DNA of 64,000 nt from a virus (taxonomy: Duplodnaviria; Caudoviricetes). Numbering within the stretch: position 1 is the first letter of the stretch; the number at the start of each line of letters is the position of its first letter. The translations under genes were made by a program, and so were the position numbers. The DNA lies in the IMG/VR virus record IMGVR_UViG_3300011008_000016, positions 1 to 64,000 of that record. One strand, given 5' to 3'. This document shows positions 60,838-64,000 of the stretch, piece by piece. Below the pieces are notes generated by a model. That model had not been told where the DNA came from. It made no database searches and saw only the letters and a program-made list of their open reading frames with translations.

Positions 60838-63252
60838 TTATGATGCCGCCGCCGCTGTCATAGACGTTGTACCGTCAACGACACGAGGGTCAAGATAAAG
60901 TTCAAGCTCACCTCTCTGAATAACCGTCTTGAAGGTAATGTGAATCTTCAGGCGGAGCAAGCTCTTCTTCTCATCGTTAGAAGTCATCTCGAACTGTAAG
61001 TAAGCACTTCTGACATATTTTCCAAGTTCGTACTGAAGGATATCAGAAGCATCCTCTTCATAACGAGCACGGTCAGAAGCCTCTCCAAGCTTGTAAATCT
61101 TGGAAGACAACAGCCGGTAACCAACCTCGATTGCTTTCTGAACGATGTACTCATTCATTTCAAGCAGACGGTCCGATTTACTCTGGCAGGAAGTAATAGC
61201 CGTAGACCTCTGTACAGAGTTATATGTCAGTGTCTCATAGACATTGACACGCAGCCTATACAGTGTATCTTTCAAATCATCCGAATCAGGATCAATAACC
61301 GGTAGGAATGTCCCACGGATATAATCCTTCTTAGTCCTCAGGATAGCCTTATCCCTTGCCAACGGCAGTCCGTAGATAGTCTCTTCGCTTGCCATATGGT
61401 TCGGAAGTGCTTTTGCAAGCCAGTGAGTAATTGTAAACTCACAAACTTTTCCAGTATAGAGAACATCACGTTTCTTGTAGCAATGACCTTCTTTAACGAC
61501 ATTGTATCCATATACACCACGCAGACGAGATGCAACGTTTACAAGACGGGAAGTCGTTCTGACAAGACCGCAATCAATGTAAGTCATCAGGTCATACTCA
61601 CGCATATTCGCAAGAGCCGCCATCTGCTTCTTGACAGGGAGGTCATATCCAGCATCCAGATTGAAGTTTGCAGGGGAAGAGAACCTCGACTTGATATAAG
61701 GGTCAATCTCACCAGCATAAGCCTTAACCAGAAGTTCAGACTTCGCCGTTGTAATCTCCTCAGTAGTCATGTCATCCCAACCATCATTACCACATTTCAT
61801 GGTAAATCCATCCAGTGAGAACAGATTCAGATAGTCATCTCTCGTAGTATCCTGCTCCAGACCTTCAACGGTCAAGCCTTCCAGCGTAAGTCCGGTAAGA
61901 ATATCCATAGTCCACGGAGTGAACTCAGAACCCGGCTTTACAAGGCTATTGTACATCTCGCATATAGCTTCGTATGTCTCGATGTAAACCTTAGAATTGA
62001 TTCTAAGAGAACCGGTCTCAAGATCGTTGATAACGTCTTCCAGATAAACTGAAGGACCATAATCAACACTCTTGTCGAAGCCATCAGGATCAAATGTACC
62101 GGTTCCGATTTCCCTTTTCACCAGTCCTTCGTCACCCGGCTCCATAACCGTAATTGTGTATTCATGTCTCTCCGGAAGTTCATAGCCAAGCCAGTTTCCG
62201 TAGAGATAATCACTCAGTCCATTGCCATTAATGTACTCAGTGATGTTAGCAAACTGAAGGTGAATGCTATCACCATATTTGCCACGTCCCTGTGCATAGT
62301 ACAGCATGAACGGCATATTGTAGAAGCCATTCTCATCAGGATCAATTTCCATCAGAGACAGAGCGGCTTCCTGAAGGGCATCAATCGTATGAGCACCTTC
62401 GATGTATTTCGGATAGAAAGAGTACACGAGTTTGTACTGAGTAGTCTCTTCCTCAGTCTCGCCACTTTCGTCTCCTGTTTCGTCTCCACCAGTGGTATCT
62501 TCACCGTCAACAATAGTTCCAGGGGTATCCCCACTATCATCAACATAGGTACCGTTTTTAATGGCAGTAAGTTTATCGGCAAGTTCCTCTTTGGAACTCC
62601 ACGTAACTTTCGTAAGGTAGCCTTCATCGATATTGATCTGAACCTCTTCACGAGAAGAGAATAACAGACTGGTATCTTCGAAAAGCTCGTCCGGATTCTC
62701 GCCCTTTACAGCCCTGAAGTCATTATCGCCTTCAAAGATGTAGATGATATCATCATCCTTATCATAGTATCCGGTCGTTGTAGTAGTTTCATCGGTTTCA
62801 TCAGGATTTTCAATAGTAGGAACAGAGCTTGACTCGTCTCCACTTGTAGATCCGGATGTATCGCCGTTGGTAGTATCTGTAGATGTATTATCATCGCCCG
62901 CAGTAACGGCCTCGACTTTAAATCTAACCATGACGACGATATTGGAGTATGTTGCGGTTTCCGGTCTGAGATTCATGACATACATGCCGCAATTCCCTGT
63001 CGCCAGAGCATTGTCAACATTATATGCTGCTTGACCCAGAAGCTTGTAATTCGGTTTACCGCATTCACGTAGATAAGCGGTCCGGTTCGCCATATACAAC
63101 AAGGTATTGTCACGGCCCCCCGTGAAGAACCCGACCTGCATTCCGTTAAAACTTTTACGAGTCTCGACAACTTCTTCTTCCTGGAACTCAGTATTGTCGT
63201 AGATCTGTATGGTAATATACGGATGCTGGTAATTTGTTGTACCAGTACTCAT
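60838..63252 (-). CDS. Contractile tail sheath protein
   Basis: HPYITIQIYDNT start, GKPNYKLLGQ, GRGKYG, LDAGY, C-terminal LKIHITFK; sheath-tube gene order. Confidence 0.75.
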   Translation of the reverse strand: MSTGTTNYQHPYITIQIYDNTEFQEEEVVETRKSFNGMQVGFFTGGRDNTLLYMANRTAYLRECGKPNYKLLGQAAYNVDNALATGNCGMYVMNLRPETATYSNIVVMVRFKVEAVTAGDDNTSTDTTNGDTSGSTSGDESSSVPTIENPDETDETTTTTGYYDKDDDIIYIFEGDNDFRAVKGENPDELFEDTSLLFSSREEVQINIDEGYLTKVTWSSKEELADKLTAIKNGTYVDDSGDTPGTIVDGEDTTGGDETGDESGETEEETTQYKLVYSFYPKYIEGAHTIDALQEAALSLMEIDPDENGFYNMPFMLYYAQGRGKYGDSIHLQFANITEYINGNGLSDYLYGNWLGYELPERHEYTITVMEPGDEGLVKREIGTGTFDPDGFDKSVDYGPSVYLEDVINDLETGSLRINSKVYIETYEAICEMYNSLVKPGSEFTPWTMDILTGLTLEGLTVEGLEQDTTRDDYLNLFSLDGFTMKCGNDGWDDMTTEEITTAKSELLVKAYAGEIDPYIKSRFSSPANFNLDAGYDLPVKKQMAALANMREYDLMTYIDCGLVRTTSRLVNVASRLRGVYGYNVVKEGHCYKKRDVLYTGKVCEFTITHWLAKALPNHMASEETIYGLPLARDKAILRTKKDYIRGTFLPVIDPDSDDLKDTLYRLRVNVYETLTYNSVQRSTAITSCQSKSDRLLEMNEYIVQKAIEVGYRLLSSKIYKLGEASDRARYEEDASDILQYELGKYVRSAYLQFEMTSNDEKKSLLRLKIHITFKTVIQRGELELYLDPRVVDGTTSMTAAAAS

Positions 63253-63434
63253 GGTCTTTACCTCCTATTTTAATTTTTCATTTTGTGAACGCACTGACTG
63301 GGATATGTGCATTTATATGGTTGTGGGACAGTAGAACGAGACGATTTGAAAGATTTATAATAATAAAACCATTTAATTTTAGATTAAATAAAAGAGAATA
63401 AGTGGTACGAAAACCATGTCCGTACCACTTATTC

Positions 63435-64000
63435 TCATAATTTTAGCAAATCCTCGATAGGGGAAATCTTCTGTTCCCTTTCCTCTTTTGTCATAGAAAG
63501 TGCAATGTCGACTGTAAAATTAAAGTCTTCGAATGATAGACCACCTAATACAGAGGATGCACTCATCTCACGAATATTGGCAAACCGATAGCCAATCATT
63601 TTTGGTTTCTTCATCTTAGCAATCACTTCGCACCATCTTACATCCATATTATTTGGGTCACGACATAAACTTGCCGTAATAGTAGATAGTGCAGTAACCG
63701 GAACATGCAGAGAAATATCATTCATAACCATGTTTTGAATCCAAGACGGAGTCAAAATATCGTATGGGATATTATCATCTAATCGTCCATCCAGATAAGT
63801 CTCTGCATATAAAGTTACACTATCCAAATCCCGAATAATTTCATTCTGGAAACATTTATATCCATCTCCAAATGTAAGAACGCAATATGGCTTTACATAA
63901 GATTCAGGATATATCAAGATGTTTTTATCACTATCTACATCCTGAGGATAGAAATTAATATAAGATGGTATACGAAGTGTACCTTTTTTAGCCACTTTTC
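63435..64000 (-). CDS. rpoC: RNA polymerase beta' C-terminal fragment (probably virion RNAP), likely truncated by the window
   Basis: SSVLGGLSFEDFNFTVDIAL resembles beta' SFISAASFQETTRVLTEAA; frame is open to the window edge. Confidence 0.5.
   Translation of the reverse strand, partial: KVAKKGTLRIPSYINFYPQDVDSDKNILIYPESYVKPYCVLTFGDGYKCFQNEIIRDLDSVTLYAETYLDGRLDDNIPYDILTPSWIQNMVMNDISLHVPVTALSTITASLCRDPNNMDVRWCEVIAKMKKPKMIGYRFANIREMSASSVLGGLSFEDFNFTVDIALSMTKEEREQKISPIEDLLKL

Noticed and set aside
1-64000. Stop-codon reassignment
   Set aside because: Long genes are intact in the standard code and TAA, TAG and TGA all end genes at sensible places.
1-64000. tRNAs, reverse transcriptase (DGR or retron), transposases, inteins, phage-nucleus shell or PhuZ
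   Set aside because: No recognisable signatures seen by eye; divergent versions among the hypothetical proteins cannot be excluded.

Overview
This window is 64 kb of an AT-rich jumbo myovirus of the phiKZ/AR9(PBS1)-like type. The host is probably an anaerobic Firmicute, inferred from strong AAGGAGG Shine-Dalgarno sites and a Clostridia-like NrdD/NrdG pair. It encodes subunits of two multisubunit RNA polymerases (a 1583-aa beta, two distinct beta' C-terminal proteins and a probable sigma-like subunit), a family-B DNA polymerase split over two genes ~18.6 kb apart, a primase, an SF2 helicase, a GroEL-like chaperonin, dCTP deaminase, and portal, tail sheath, tail tube and a >2700-aa tape-measure-like protein that runs off the left edge. 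The non-coding parts are the most striking: (1) a ~930-nt ORF-free, hairpin-dense segment (19190-20120) that looks like a large ornate ncRNA, beside an origin-like region of repeats and palindromes; (2) a 309-nt ORF-less group I intron inserted one base after the glycyl-radical Gly codon of nrdD; (3) a ~400-bp microprotein cassette present twice, 35 kb apart, with conserved ends and conserved UTR hairpins; (4) a ~190-nt candidate sRNA; (5) two recurrent promoter-like motifs, TATATTA and NACA-N6-TA. All calls come from motif reading by eye; no database searches or folding programs were run.
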